Below, in pieces: positions 30,213 through 39,517 of a stretch of 64,000 nucleotides of DNA. Below the pieces are notes generated by a model, which was not told the DNA's origin, searched no databases, and worked only from the letters and a program-made list of their open reading frames with translations. Source of the stretch: Desulfobacteraceae bacterium (lineage in GTDB: Bacteria > Desulfobacterota > Desulfobacteria > Desulfobacterales > SKZT01); NCBI GenBank assembly GCA_011389745.1, contig JAABTQ010000001.1:16497-80496 (forward strand), given 5' to 3'. The translations under genes were made by a program, and so were the position numbers. The first letter of the stretch is position 1, and every line of letters begins with the position of its first letter.

Positions 30213-31052
30213 ATGGGAGTAAAAATAACAAGAGGACATTGGTTTGATCAAAAAAACCGCAGGATAGAATGGGCAAGGCTTAAATCCGATGCTACCCGGG
30301 GATTGATACTTGCTCCACCGCTGATTGGTGGGAGCTTTGCCCAACAACTGAACCTGTTTCGATGGCTGGCCGGAAAGAATCTTGATCTTATTTCTTTTAA
30401 TTATTCCGGCCATGGAAAATCAACAGACAAGTTTTCCTTAAAAACAAGCATGGAGAACACACTGATCATGGTGTCCGAGGCTGGAAAGATATGTCGCAAT
30501 AAGGGAGTTCCTTTATTCGGCATTGCCGGCTGTTATTCGGCCATACCGCTTATTTATGCAGCACACAAGCTGTCCGAACCCTTTTCCCGGATTGTATTGA
30601 TCAATCCGCTCACCGACCTGAAACCCTTTGTTGTTATCAAATCTTTCTTTGCCTATTACCAAAAACTCGATCTGAAACATACCATGAAGAAAAAAATCAC
30701 CGAATCAATTCAAAAATATACGGAATTTCTTTTTCCCGATATTATCAAGGACAAGGATTCATTTGGTGTGCTCAAACGGGAAAGAACCCATTTGTGGGAT
30801 GTGTTTCTCGAGTTTTTTCTGTTCACGCCATTAAAAGGGACGATATTGCCTAAAACCCCTGTTTTGTGTTTGTATGCCAAAAAGGATCGGGTTATCAACA
30901 TTTATTCGGATCAAAATAAACAATATGAGGGCAACATCCGAAAAGTATGTCCGTTGAGCAGTTTTAAAGTCATTGATGGCGATCATTTCTTTCAACCGTT
31001 ATCTGCGCGACAGGATGCAAAAAAGACCATATCCATATTCCTTTCAACCTGA
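30213..31052 (+). CDS. alpha/beta-hydrolase-fold protein
   Basis: 279 aa. NYSGHGKS (oxyanion-region-like) and a nucleophile-elbow-like GIAGCYSA. Weak assignment. Confidence 0.45.
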   Translation: MGVKITRGHWFDQKNRRIEWARLKSDATRGLILAPPLIGGSFAQQLNLFRWLAGKNLDLISFNYSGHGKSTDKFSLKTSMENTLIMVSEAGKICRNKGVPLFGIAGCYSAIPLIYAAHKLSEPFSRIVLINPLTDLKPFVVIKSFFAYYQKLDLKHTMKKKITESIQKYTEFLFPDIIKDKDSFGVLKRERTHLWDVFLEFFLFTPLKGTILPKTPVLCLYAKKDRVINIYSDQNKQYEGNIRKVCPLSSFKVIDGDHFFQPLSARQDAKKTISIFLST

Positions 31053-31150
31053 CGGCGCCATGGGATTACACGTTAAATTTTAACAAAACCCGCCAGATTA
31101 TTCTTGACATATTTGATCTTTTACACTACTAGAACCCTTTATGTTGCTGA

Positions 31151-31226
31151 TCCCCAGTAGCTCAGTCGGTAGAGCAGATGGCTGTTAACCATCGAGTCCG
31201 CGGTTCGAGTCCGTGCTGGGGAGCCA
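31151..31226 (+). tRNA. tRNA-Asn (anticodon GTT), CCA encoded
   Basis: Cloverleaf folded by hand. Acceptor tccccag/ctgggga, D stem gctc/gagc, anticodon stem gatgg/ccatc with loop ctGTTaa, T stem cgcgg/ccgtg with loop ttcgagt, discriminator g, then cca. Confidence 0.95.
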
Positions 31227-31236
31227 AAAAATTCAA

Positions 31237-31267
31237 GGGGTTGGCTCGAAAAGCCAACCCTTTTTTA
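31237..31267. terminator. bidirectional rho-independent terminator
   Basis: ggggttggct-cgaa-aagccaaccc stem-loop, followed by a T run (tttttta) and preceded by an A run (aaaaaa). Confidence 0.7.
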
Positions 31268-31317
31268 TTCCGTTTGAGAATCTGTGTGAGAAATACATAT
31301 ATCCGGCTTCCTCTTCT

Positions 31318-31470
31318 TCACAAGGCATAAAAACCGCTTTGATTTTCGTAGTATTTAATCCATTTCCTCACCGCATTGTCGCTTACCCCGTATTTCTTGC
31401 CAGTGCCGACATATCCAAATTTTTCAACCTCGCGCTTAAGGACGTCGAATGGAGGACGGTTCGTTCCGCT
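31318..31470 (-). pseudogene. orphan helix-turn-helix ORF remnant
   Basis: A minus-strand frame reads ...PFDVLKREVEKFGYVGTGKKYGVSDNAVRKWIKYYENQSGFYAL*. The HTH-like GVSDNAVRKW is present, there is no start codon, and it overlaps the integrase relic in another frame. Confidence 0.3.
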
Positions 31471-31853
31471 TCACCGACTGAATGCAAATAAATTTCTGTC
31501 CTTTTCGCTTTTGATGACCCAGTATTCTTTGAATCGATCCTATCGGCACACCAAGGTCATCAAGGATTGACGCCTTTAGATGGCGCAATGCGTGGAAACG
31601 AAAATATTTTACATCCGCTTTTTTGCACAGACTTTTCATTATTTTTGTTTCTGTCGTCTTACAGACCTTCTATTTTCTTTGTTCTTTTCGAGACCAATAG
31701 GTGTGTCAAAATATCCAGTTTAGGTCGAGATTAAGTTTCTCTTGGCGAGATTTCATTGTGTCGTATAACTTTTGAACCATTGGAACATCGCAAGGTTCCA
31801 AAATAACATTCTTTCTCTTCCTTGTCCAAAGAGTTACATATAGTACTCCAACT
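31436..31853 (-). pseudogene. tyrosine recombinase (integrase) relic, 5' truncated and frameshifted
   Basis: The minus strand reads ...LWTRKRKNVILEPCDVPMVQKL..., then FHALRHLKASIL (HxxR box) and RILGHQKRK. The catalytic-Tyr block TEIYLH is only found after a 1-nt frame change near 31495. The relic abuts the IS left end at 31854. Confidence 0.6.
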
Positions 31854-33750
31854 TAGTGCCCGAACGAAAACCCATGATTTTGGATTTTTCATTCAAAAAT
31901 TTCAGCCGAAATTTTTGCCGACAAGGAAAATATTGAGTAAAATATAACCAATATCAATCAAAACCATATTGGTTATCAAAAAAATCTATTACCTTGGACC
32001 ATTTTAGGATTTTTATGCGCAACTATCCTGTCGAAGTCCTGAAAACCGGTTGATTACGCTGTTTTTAGCTGTTTTTTCTCCTGGCAGCGCAGCCTTTTGA
32101 TCTCTTTTTGCTGCAATATATGACCGAGAATCTGAATGTTGCGAGCCACAACGGCCAAAGCAACATATCGCTTAAAACCTTTAAGACCATGGTCCGGACA
32201 AACGGCCCAGTCCGTGGTTGCCGAGTGCGCTGATCGAGGACTCAACAGCCGAATGTTTTCGTCTGGCTTGCTTGAATTCTTCGGAATTTTCGATCTCTTT
32301 GTTTATAGCCGAAAGCCGTCCCTTTCTGGGAAGCACAACCTTGTCAAGCAGGTTTGCCAGTTCTTTCTGGTTGTACGGGCTGTGAAATCCCTTGTCAAAA
32401 CTGCATGTTTGAAATCAGGTAATCGACGCTGCGTTTCTTTGATCAGGGAAACGGCAATTTTATCATCGGTTTCATTGCGCATCACATGATGGTGCAAAAT
32501 AAATCCGTACTGATCTTTGACAATACAAATCTTTAAACCAAGCTCCACCGGAACACCGGCTTTGCCCTTGCTGATCCACTCCGTGTGTTGTTCAAAAAGC
32601 GAAAACACCTTTTCGTGATGCGCAATACTTTCCCCGTGGACAACTCTTCTGCGAATCTGATCGATCTGCCTTTCGGCATGAAAGATGTATGCCTTCACCT
32701 CTTCTATTTTCAACTGGGCTATGATGTCGGCTGTCGGAAGGCAAAGACAAGTTTGCCGGATTTTATCAACGTAACATTGAGCCAAATCGATATATTCATT
32801 GTGAGCGGCAATGATCAGTTGCTCTCTTTGGGCTTTTTTTGCCTCATCCTTTGATGAGGAGCGCTTTAACTGTTGAGCTCTCCGGTAAAAGCGTTTTGCC
32901 TTACGGATGTGGTGGTTGCCCTGACGCCAATCGGAAATACTTACGGAACAACAAATTCGCATGGTCAGAGTGATCATTTTGCGTATGGCATCAAAAAGCA
33001 GATTGATATCAGTTGGGAAATGCACATCGGTTTTGGTAACAAAAGAGTCACAACTTCCGGTTAATTTTTCCTCTTTTTTTTACCGACCACCTGATGGCCG
33101 TATTTGACGACAATCTGATTGATTTTGTCCAATACCTCCGGGGTAAACAATGATATATTGTCCTTGAGCGTTTGCAGACCATATTGATAATCATCATCCA
33201 TCATGCCATGGCCGAGCATTTGTCGGAGCTTTTTATGATTATTGGCAATATCATGGAGTTTATCATAATTCCAGTTGCAGATCAGCCTCAGGGTACCCAG
33301 CACAAATATTTTCCACAAATCCATGCCGTTGCGGCCATTTTGGGTATCAACATGAGGCGGGACAATCCCGGCTAAAACCTCAAACACCTGCTCGCGCAGT
33401 TTCCGGTCACAATATATGGCCTGAAGCCCCATAAGTAATTTTGGAGTTTCATCTCTTGAACGCAGATCGAACTTTATGTCAGCAATTGCTTTTTCGCCAA
33501 TTTTCATTTGCATATTGATAATTTTTCGCATATTTTTTCCCGAAGATTTTGTTTGGCCAGGTGGTTTTTGTATAAGCCCAAAATGAACAATTTATTTTTG
33601 CCGAATAATTTCGGGATATTATATCATAAGCTAATGATAAGTAAAGCAATAAATTGGGTATAGTAGTAATTTTTTTTTATAAATCTTCAATCGAAAATAA
33701 ACGCATAACCGCTTGTTATTTTATGCTATACTTGTTTTCGTTCAGGCACT
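31854..33750 (-). mobile_element. insertion sequence (about 1.9 kb) with 18-bp terminal inverted repeats
   Basis: IRL tagtgcccgaacgaaaac (31854-31871) and IRR gttttcgttcaggcacta (33733-33750) match 17/18. A DDE-type transposase is encoded inside on the minus strand. No clear target-site duplication was seen. Confidence 0.75.
32054..33531 (-). pseudogene. IS transposase (IS5/IS1182/ISNCY-like DDE family) split over three frames
   Basis: The three pieces are 33531-33061, 33058-32303 and about 32405-32054. Conserved blocks are CDSFVTKTDVHFPTDINLLFDA, SFDKGFHSPYNQ and RRKHSAVESSISALGNHGLGRCPDHGLKGF. Both junctions are -1 shifts. Confidence 0.7.
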
Positions 33751-33909
33751 ATATATATTAAAAGTTGAAGGATATACAGATCAGCACAGTAACTTGTTAG
33801 CGCTCGGCCGCTCGGACCTGGCATCAATTTGCCCATTGATTATAAAGGCGAAAAAGAATATAAAAGAGATAATATTCTTAGCATGATACTTTCTTACAGG
33901 AATCTATAA

Positions 33910-34622
33910 ATGGATAAATTACCTCTTTCTATAAATCCTTGCCCTATCATTGAAGCAATATTCGAGATTAGATTCGACCCTTCTTTTCCGGGAGATGCAA
34001 TTTTTGGAATTGTCTTCAATCAATTTAAGGACGAATTTCAGAACAATTGCCTATATTGCAGTTGCCTGCGGCGATAAGAAATCAAGATCCGAATTTGAAA
34101 TTCTCCCCACATTATAAAATAAAGAAGGATAACTTTATTATTCAGATTGGCCCAAATGTGTTTTCGTTAACGAACATTAAAGAATACTGCGGATGGAAAG
34201 GATTCTCGAAAAAAATATTTGACACATACAATAAAGTTTCAGAATTAGACTTGATAAAAAAACAATTTCGTACAGCTTTAAGATATATCAATATATTACC
34301 GGATATTAATGTCTTTGAGAAAAGCAATTTAGGTATCAAGCTTAATGATATAAGTCTTGGCGCAAACCAAATTAATTTCACGGCAGAAATTCCTTATAAA
34401 CATGGTGCCAGCAACTTAAAGTTAATAAATTTTGCCGAAGCAATTTTTGAAAATCAAGCCATAAAGGGATCAATTGTTGACATAGACACTCACGTACAAC
34501 AGGAAAAGTTTGATAACTTTAAAGACGCTGTTGAGTGCGCCCATACAACAGAAAAGGAATTATTCTTTAATTTGTTAGAACAAGAATTTCTTAATACACT
34601 GAATCCAGTCTACGAGGAATAA
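33910..34622 (+). pseudogene. TIGR04255-like protein, frameshifted
   Basis: ATG 33910 gives MDKLPLSINPCPIIEAIFEIRFDPSFPGDAIFGIVFNQFKDEFQN, a TIGR04255-type N-terminus, and stops at 34075-34077. The remainder continues in the -1 frame as ORF 34047-34622. Confidence 0.5.
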
Positions 34623-34626
34623 TGAC

Positions 34627-34926
34627 ATGCCATTATCTCAATTCAGAAATGTAGTTGGTAGTGTTACCACAGCTGCTGTTCTATGTTACTCCTATCTGGG
34701 GGCACCAGCCGCAAATCCTGTCGAATTTTATAGTCTAAATGTTCAACTTAAAGCACCAACAGAAATGAACTTTGACTATTATCAGTTAATTGACAAAGAC
34801 CAGGCTATTGCAATTGAGCAGATAGATGTGATCCACCAGTTTGCATCAAACATATTAGACAATATCAAAGACCTTGAACCTGAATTTTCTAAAACAGTAG
34901 ATGAGAATTTTTGGGATTTAATATGA
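34627..34926 (+). CDS. hypothetical protein
   Basis: 99-aa ORF starting 5 nt after the TIGR04255-like stop. Its stop overlaps the next start (ATGA). No motif recognised. Confidence 0.4.
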   Translation: MPLSQFRNVVGSVTTAAVLCYSYLGAPAANPVEFYSLNVQLKAPTEMNFDYYQLIDKDQAIAIEQIDVIHQFASNILDNIKDLEPEFSKTVDENFWDLI

Positions 34927-35360
34927 TTCCATTTGAAGAAGTCAAAAAATATCTTCCACAATATTTGTCTTCAACAGCTCAGAAAGAATTATTCAAAGAC
35001 TTAAGCCAATTTCCTCATAATATTGATCAGAGAATTTATACTTCACAATTGTCTGACCATGAAAATATTTTTCAAGGAGATGGTATACAAAACTTGCTCT
35101 ACATAAATTTACCGAGTACCGATATTGGTGAAGTACCCGGTATGATATTGTCAAATACTTGTGATATTGATCCTACCAATAAACGGTTTATGCCATTACG
35201 AATGGTATATACCCCTATTTTCAATCTTACCAAATACGAACAAACTTTGATAAAAACCCACGTTGAAACAGGAAAGAAAACAATTCAGTCAGTTAATTCT
35301 CACATCTCCGACATAAGGAAACAGTACGTCAGTCATATCTTCTATCTTCTGTTCCCATAG
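34923..35360 (+). CDS. hypothetical protein, probably 3' truncated
   Basis: MIPFEEVKKYL... with an ILSNTCDID block. The reading frame runs into the 3' end of an oppositely oriented ABC fragment at about 35330-35360. Confidence 0.35.
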   Translation: MIPFEEVKKYLPQYLSSTAQKELFKDLSQFPHNIDQRIYTSQLSDHENIFQGDGIQNLLYINLPSTDIGEVPGMILSNTCDIDPTNKRFMPLRMVYTPIFNLTKYEQTLIKTHVETGKKTIQSVNSHISDIRKQYVSHIFYLLFP

Positions 35361-35760
35361 CCAGCAGTTTTCCCTTGTGGATCAGTCCGAGACGGCTGCA
35401 TCGTTCAGCCTCATCCAGATAAGCGGTAGAGACAAAGATGGTGACTTTTTCAAGCAAAAGCTGGTATAGAATACGCCAGAAATCACGGCGGGACACCGGA
35501 TCCACACCGTTGGTCGGTTCATCCAGGAATAAAACTTCCGGAGTATGAATCAGCGCGCAGGCCAGTCCAAGCTTTTGTTTCATACCTCCCGAAAGGTTGC
35601 CGGCATAACGTTTCTTAAAAGGAGTCAGGTTGCTGAAAGATACCCGGGGACTCTCTTTTCCGACCCGCTCCATATTGTCCATTAATCGTCGCCTGAGCAA
35701 CTTCAGAATGGCATCAAGTATGTCATCCTCGCTCTTAATGAAAAAAAGCCTCACTGTCAA
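35329..35760 (-). pseudogene. ABC transporter ATP-binding protein fragment (Walker A half missing)
   Basis: Contains the signature LSGGMKQKL, Walker B LFLDEPTNGVD and an H-loop region, but no Walker A. The sequence upstream of the Q-loop region is not ABC-like. Confidence 0.7.
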
Positions 35761-35856
35761 GCCTAATTAGATTTCTAAATAGGGCCTGAATTTGCACTTG
35801 ACACCAAGAATCAGTCGTATCATATTAAATGTGACAATTGTAACAGGATATTTGCT

Positions 35857-36831
35857 ATGGAAAATATTATTTCTGGAAAATGGCTGCTTCTGGTTCATCA
35901 GATACCACCCAAACCCGATTCCTTCAGAATGAAAATATGGAGACGCTTACAACAGGTTGGAGCGGTGGCTATCAAACAATCGGTCTATGCCATGCCCTTT
36001 TCCGATCAGTCCCGTGAAGATCTGAGCTGGATTCTCAGGGAAATTATCGAAGGCGGCGGGGATGGTTCAATTATCGAGGCGCGCTTTGTGGAGGGGCTGA
36101 CGGATAAACAGGTTATCAGCCTGTTTCAAAACGCACGCAAGGCGGATTATGAAAAACTCATTCAGGATGCCGGTCTTTTGTTATCGAAGTGGTCCGCAAA
36201 GCATGACAATCCGGAAGAGCCTATGGTAAAAGGGCCGGCTCAACCGGCCAGATTGCAGCGAAGGCTGGATGAAATCGCGGCCATAGATTTTTTTAAGGCC
36301 CCGGAGCGGGGTACTGCTGAAATTCTGGTTAAAGATTTAACAGTACGTTTATCCGATGAACCATCCCTTGAGGCGGTTATTAAGGAAAGAATTGACCATA
36401 TGAAAGGAAAGATCTGGGTCACAAGGGAAAACCTTTTTGTGGACCGCATGGCCTGCGGCTGGCTTATCAGGCGCTTCGTGGACAGTGAGGCAGCTTTTAA
36501 ATTTGTCTCCGGCGCACACTATACGCCGGAAAAAGGGGAGGTCCGGTTTGATATGTTCGATGGAGAATTTACCCATGAAGGAGACCGCTGTACTTTTGAA
36601 GTCATGATTCAACGTTTTCAGCTTCAGGACAAAGCCCTGGTTACCCTGGCCGAAGTGGTACACGATATCGATTTAAAAGATGGCAAATTCGGCCGTGCTG
36701 AAACGGATGGTTTAAACGCCCTTTTGACCGGTCTGACGGCATCCCGGTCTGACGACAACCAGCGCATGGCGGAAGGCGCACAATTGTTTGAAAACCTTTA
36801 CGCATATTTTCAGCGGCACAGGGAAAGCTAA
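35857..36831 (+). CDS. chrB: chromate resistance regulator-like protein ChrB
   Basis: N-terminus WLLLVHQIPPKPDSFRMKIWRRLQQVGAVAIKQSVYAMP is the ChrB-N signature. A ChrB C-domain follows, and chrA lies downstream. Confidence 0.7.
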   Translation: MENIISGKWLLLVHQIPPKPDSFRMKIWRRLQQVGAVAIKQSVYAMPFSDQSREDLSWILREIIEGGGDGSIIEARFVEGLTDKQVISLFQNARKADYEKLIQDAGLLLSKWSAKHDNPEEPMVKGPAQPARLQRRLDEIAAIDFFKAPERGTAEILVKDLTVRLSDEPSLEAVIKERIDHMKGKIWVTRENLFVDRMACGWLIRRFVDSEAAFKFVSGAHYTPEKGEVRFDMFDGEFTHEGDRCTFEVMIQRFQLQDKALVTLAEVVHDIDLKDGKFGRAETDGLNALLTGLTASRSDDNQRMAEGAQLFENLYAYFQRHRES

Positions 36832-38100
36832 ATGAATACATCCAAAAGTATAAAGGCTCGTGCCTCCAGGCTTACCGGTTTTCTTGGACTCCAGCGAAGC
36901 ACTACCGGGCTATTGGCCATGGTGGTACTTTTAGGCATGGGCGAGCGTATGGCCGAGCGTTTCCTTCCCATTTATATGCTGGCCCTGGGCGGCGGTGTGC
37001 TGGCTATCGGTCTTCTGCAGGCCATGGACAATCTGCTGTCGGCACTCTATTCATTTCCCGGGGGTTACCTGTCTGACCGCATCGGTACCAAGAAATCGCT
37101 TTTAATTTTCAACCTGGTGGCCATGGCCGGTTTTGCCCTGGTAATTCTGATCCCCACATGGCAGGCGGTGCTGGCCGGAGCGGTGCTCTTTATTTCCTGG
37201 TCGGCCATCTCCCTGCCTGCCACCATGAGCCTGATTTACAAGGTGCTGCCCCAAAATAAGCGCACTATGGGGGTGACCATGCACTCACTGGTCAGGCGTA
37301 TCCCCATGGCGCTCGGTCCTTTGCTCGGCGGTTTATTTATCAGCCTGTGGGGTGAGCGCGATGGGGTCCGCCTGGCATTTGTCGCGGCCCTGGTCATGGC
37401 GGCAATGGCGCTGATTCTTCAGCAGATGATGATCGAAGACGACCCACGGAACAACAATGTTACATCCGATACCTGTCGTCTCACACCGGAGAAAAACCCG
37501 CTGAAGTTATTCGCATTGATGAATCCGTCCTTGAAAGGGCTGCTCGTGACCGATATTCTTATCCGGTTCTGCGAACAGATTCCCTATGCTTTTGTGGTTG
37601 TCTGGTGCATGAAGACCATTGCCGAACCTGTTTCTGCTATTCAATTCGGCATGCTGACCACTATCGAGATGGCCACGGCTGTGCTTGTGTATATTCCTGT
37701 GGCCTATCTGGCCGACCGCGGCACCAAGAAACCCTTTGTGCTCATGACCTTTGTTTTTTTCACGCTGTTTCCCCTGATGCTTCTCTACAGCCGTTCTCTC
37801 CAGTGGCTGATTGTGGCGTTTATGCTGAGAGGTCTGAAAGAATTCGGCGAGCCCACCCGGAAAGCTCTGATCATGGATTTGTCGCCCGATTCTTGCAAGG
37901 CAGGCATGTTCGGTTTGTACTACCTGATACGGGATGTCTTTGTTTCGGTCGCTGCTCTGGGTGGTGCGTTTTTATGGCAAATCAGCCCGGAAACAAATCT
38001 TGTCACCGCGTTTGTTTTCGGGGTTATCGGTACTGTGGGATTTGCAGTCTTTGGCCGCGAAATACCGGTAGCATCACCATTGCAAAAAGAAAAATCATAA
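36832..38100 (+). CDS. MFS transporter
   Basis: 422 aa, about 12 hydrophobic helices, MFS loop motif GYLSDRIGTKK between TM2 and TM3. Confidence 0.75.
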   Translation: MNTSKSIKARASRLTGFLGLQRSTTGLLAMVVLLGMGERMAERFLPIYMLALGGGVLAIGLLQAMDNLLSALYSFPGGYLSDRIGTKKSLLIFNLVAMAGFALVILIPTWQAVLAGAVLFISWSAISLPATMSLIYKVLPQNKRTMGVTMHSLVRRIPMALGPLLGGLFISLWGERDGVRLAFVAALVMAAMALILQQMMIEDDPRNNNVTSDTCRLTPEKNPLKLFALMNPSLKGLLVTDILIRFCEQIPYAFVVVWCMKTIAEPVSAIQFGMLTTIEMATAVLVYIPVAYLADRGTKKPFVLMTFVFFTLFPLMLLYSRSLQWLIVAFMLRGLKEFGEPTRKALIMDLSPDSCKAGMFGLYYLIRDVFVSVAALGGAFLWQISPETNLVTAFVFGVIGTVGFAVFGREIPVASPLQKEKS

Positions 38101-38153
38101 ATGAATCATTAATAAAACACATCGAAATCGAGCCCAAGGGAGGATGGAACACG

Positions 38154-39467
38154 ATGCGATCCAATTTGAAGCCGGTAATGACCGTGTCATTCAAGCAGGC
38201 TCTGAAATTTTGGACCAAGCTGGGTTTTATCAGTTTCGGAGGCCCTGCCGGCCAGATTGCCATCATGCACCATGAGGTGGTGGAACGACGTAAATGGATC
38301 GGTGAGAACCAATTTCTGCGGGCGCTCAACTTCTGCATGTTGCTACCCGGACCCGAAGCCCAGCAACTGGCCATCTATATCGGTTGGCGGTTGCACGGCA
38401 TATTGGGTGGTATCTCGGCCGGGGCACTTTTTGTTATCCCTTCGATATTTGTCATGCTGCTGTTAAGCTACCTGGCCGTGGCCCATATCGATATCCCGGC
38501 AGTGGCTGCGGCTTTTTACGGCATACAGCCGGTGGTCGTGGCCGTGGTGGTTGAAGCCGTGCTGCGTATCGGCAAAAAAGCGCTCAAATATTATGTGCTG
38601 TATGGATTTGCCGCTTTGGCGTTTGTCTCCATTTTCTTTTTCAAAATCCCGTTTCCCTATATTATTGTCGCAGCCGCCCTTGGAGGGTTATTCATGAGGC
38701 GCCGGCACCCCCATGCTTTTTGCAGGGGCGTTTTTGACCCACAAACCCGGGAATGCCGCATCGAAAAAGATCCAGCCAATAAAAAAAACAACACCCGTCC
38801 ATCTTTAGCCTATGTCGCACGGGTCTTTATTGTCTGTCTTGGCTTGTGGGCTGTTCCGGTTGGGGCATTATGGGCCTGGAATGGTTACCATGGCACACTG
38901 ACACAGATCGGTTTGTTCTTCACCAAGGCCGCTTTTATCACCTTTGGTGGTGCCTACGCCGTGCTCAGCTACATATCCGATGTGGCAGTGACAAGAGGTT
39001 GGCTTGCAATCGAGCAGATGCTCATCGGCCTGGGCCTTGCGGAATCGACCCCGGGTCCGCTGATCATGGTGACACAATATGTCGGTTTTCTCGGAGCCTG
39101 GAATCTGCCCGGAGAACTGAGCCCTCTGACATCGGGAATTATCGGTGCTTTAACCACGACCTATGTCACATTTTTACCCTGCTTTTTCTTTATATTCGCC
39201 GGAGCTCCCTTTATCGAAGCCATGGCCGGTAACCAGCGTCTGCAGGCTGCACTCACCGGTATCACTGCAGCGGTGGTGGGTGTGGTGCTCAACCTGGCGG
39301 TCTGGTTCGGGCACAAAGTTATTTTACCCAGTGGCAGCGTCGATTTTTTTGCCCTGACATCGGCCGTTATCTCGCTGATTCTGCTTTTGAGATTTCATTT
39401 GCCCATCCACTATCTGGTGCCAGTGGGTGCTATGACGGGAGTGATTTGGCAAACAATGATTCCATAA
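38154..39467 (+). CDS. chrA: chromate ion transporter ChrA (duplicated CHR domains)
   Basis: AAGGGAGGA RBS then ATG 38154. FISFGGPAGQIAIMH and a second-half ITFGGAYAVLSY motif. The ORF-track extension back to 37605 overlaps the MFS gene out of frame and is not credible. Confidence 0.85.
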   Translation: MRSNLKPVMTVSFKQALKFWTKLGFISFGGPAGQIAIMHHEVVERRKWIGENQFLRALNFCMLLPGPEAQQLAIYIGWRLHGILGGISAGALFVIPSIFVMLLLSYLAVAHIDIPAVAAAFYGIQPVVVAVVVEAVLRIGKKALKYYVLYGFAALAFVSIFFFKIPFPYIIVAAALGGLFMRRRHPHAFCRGVFDPQTRECRIEKDPANKKNNTRPSLAYVARVFIVCLGLWAVPVGALWAWNGYHGTLTQIGLFFTKAAFITFGGAYAVLSYISDVAVTRGWLAIEQMLIGLGLAESTPGPLIMVTQYVGFLGAWNLPGELSPLTSGIIGALTTTYVTFLPCFFFIFAGAPFIEAMAGNQRLQAALTGITAAVVGVVLNLAVWFGHKVILPSGSVDFFALTSAVISLILLLRFHLPIHYLVPVGAMTGVIWQTMIP

Positions 39468-39517
39468 ACATGTTTTGGAAAATTTTTACAAACCTTTCCC
39501 GGATACGGAAAAAATGA

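Noticed and set aside
37605-38153. Long N-terminal extension of the chrA ORF (ORF track 37605-39467)
   Set aside because: The extension overlaps the MFS gene out of frame and has a Cys/Arg/His-rich nonsense composition. A strong RBS and ATG at 38154 begin the conserved ChrA sequence.
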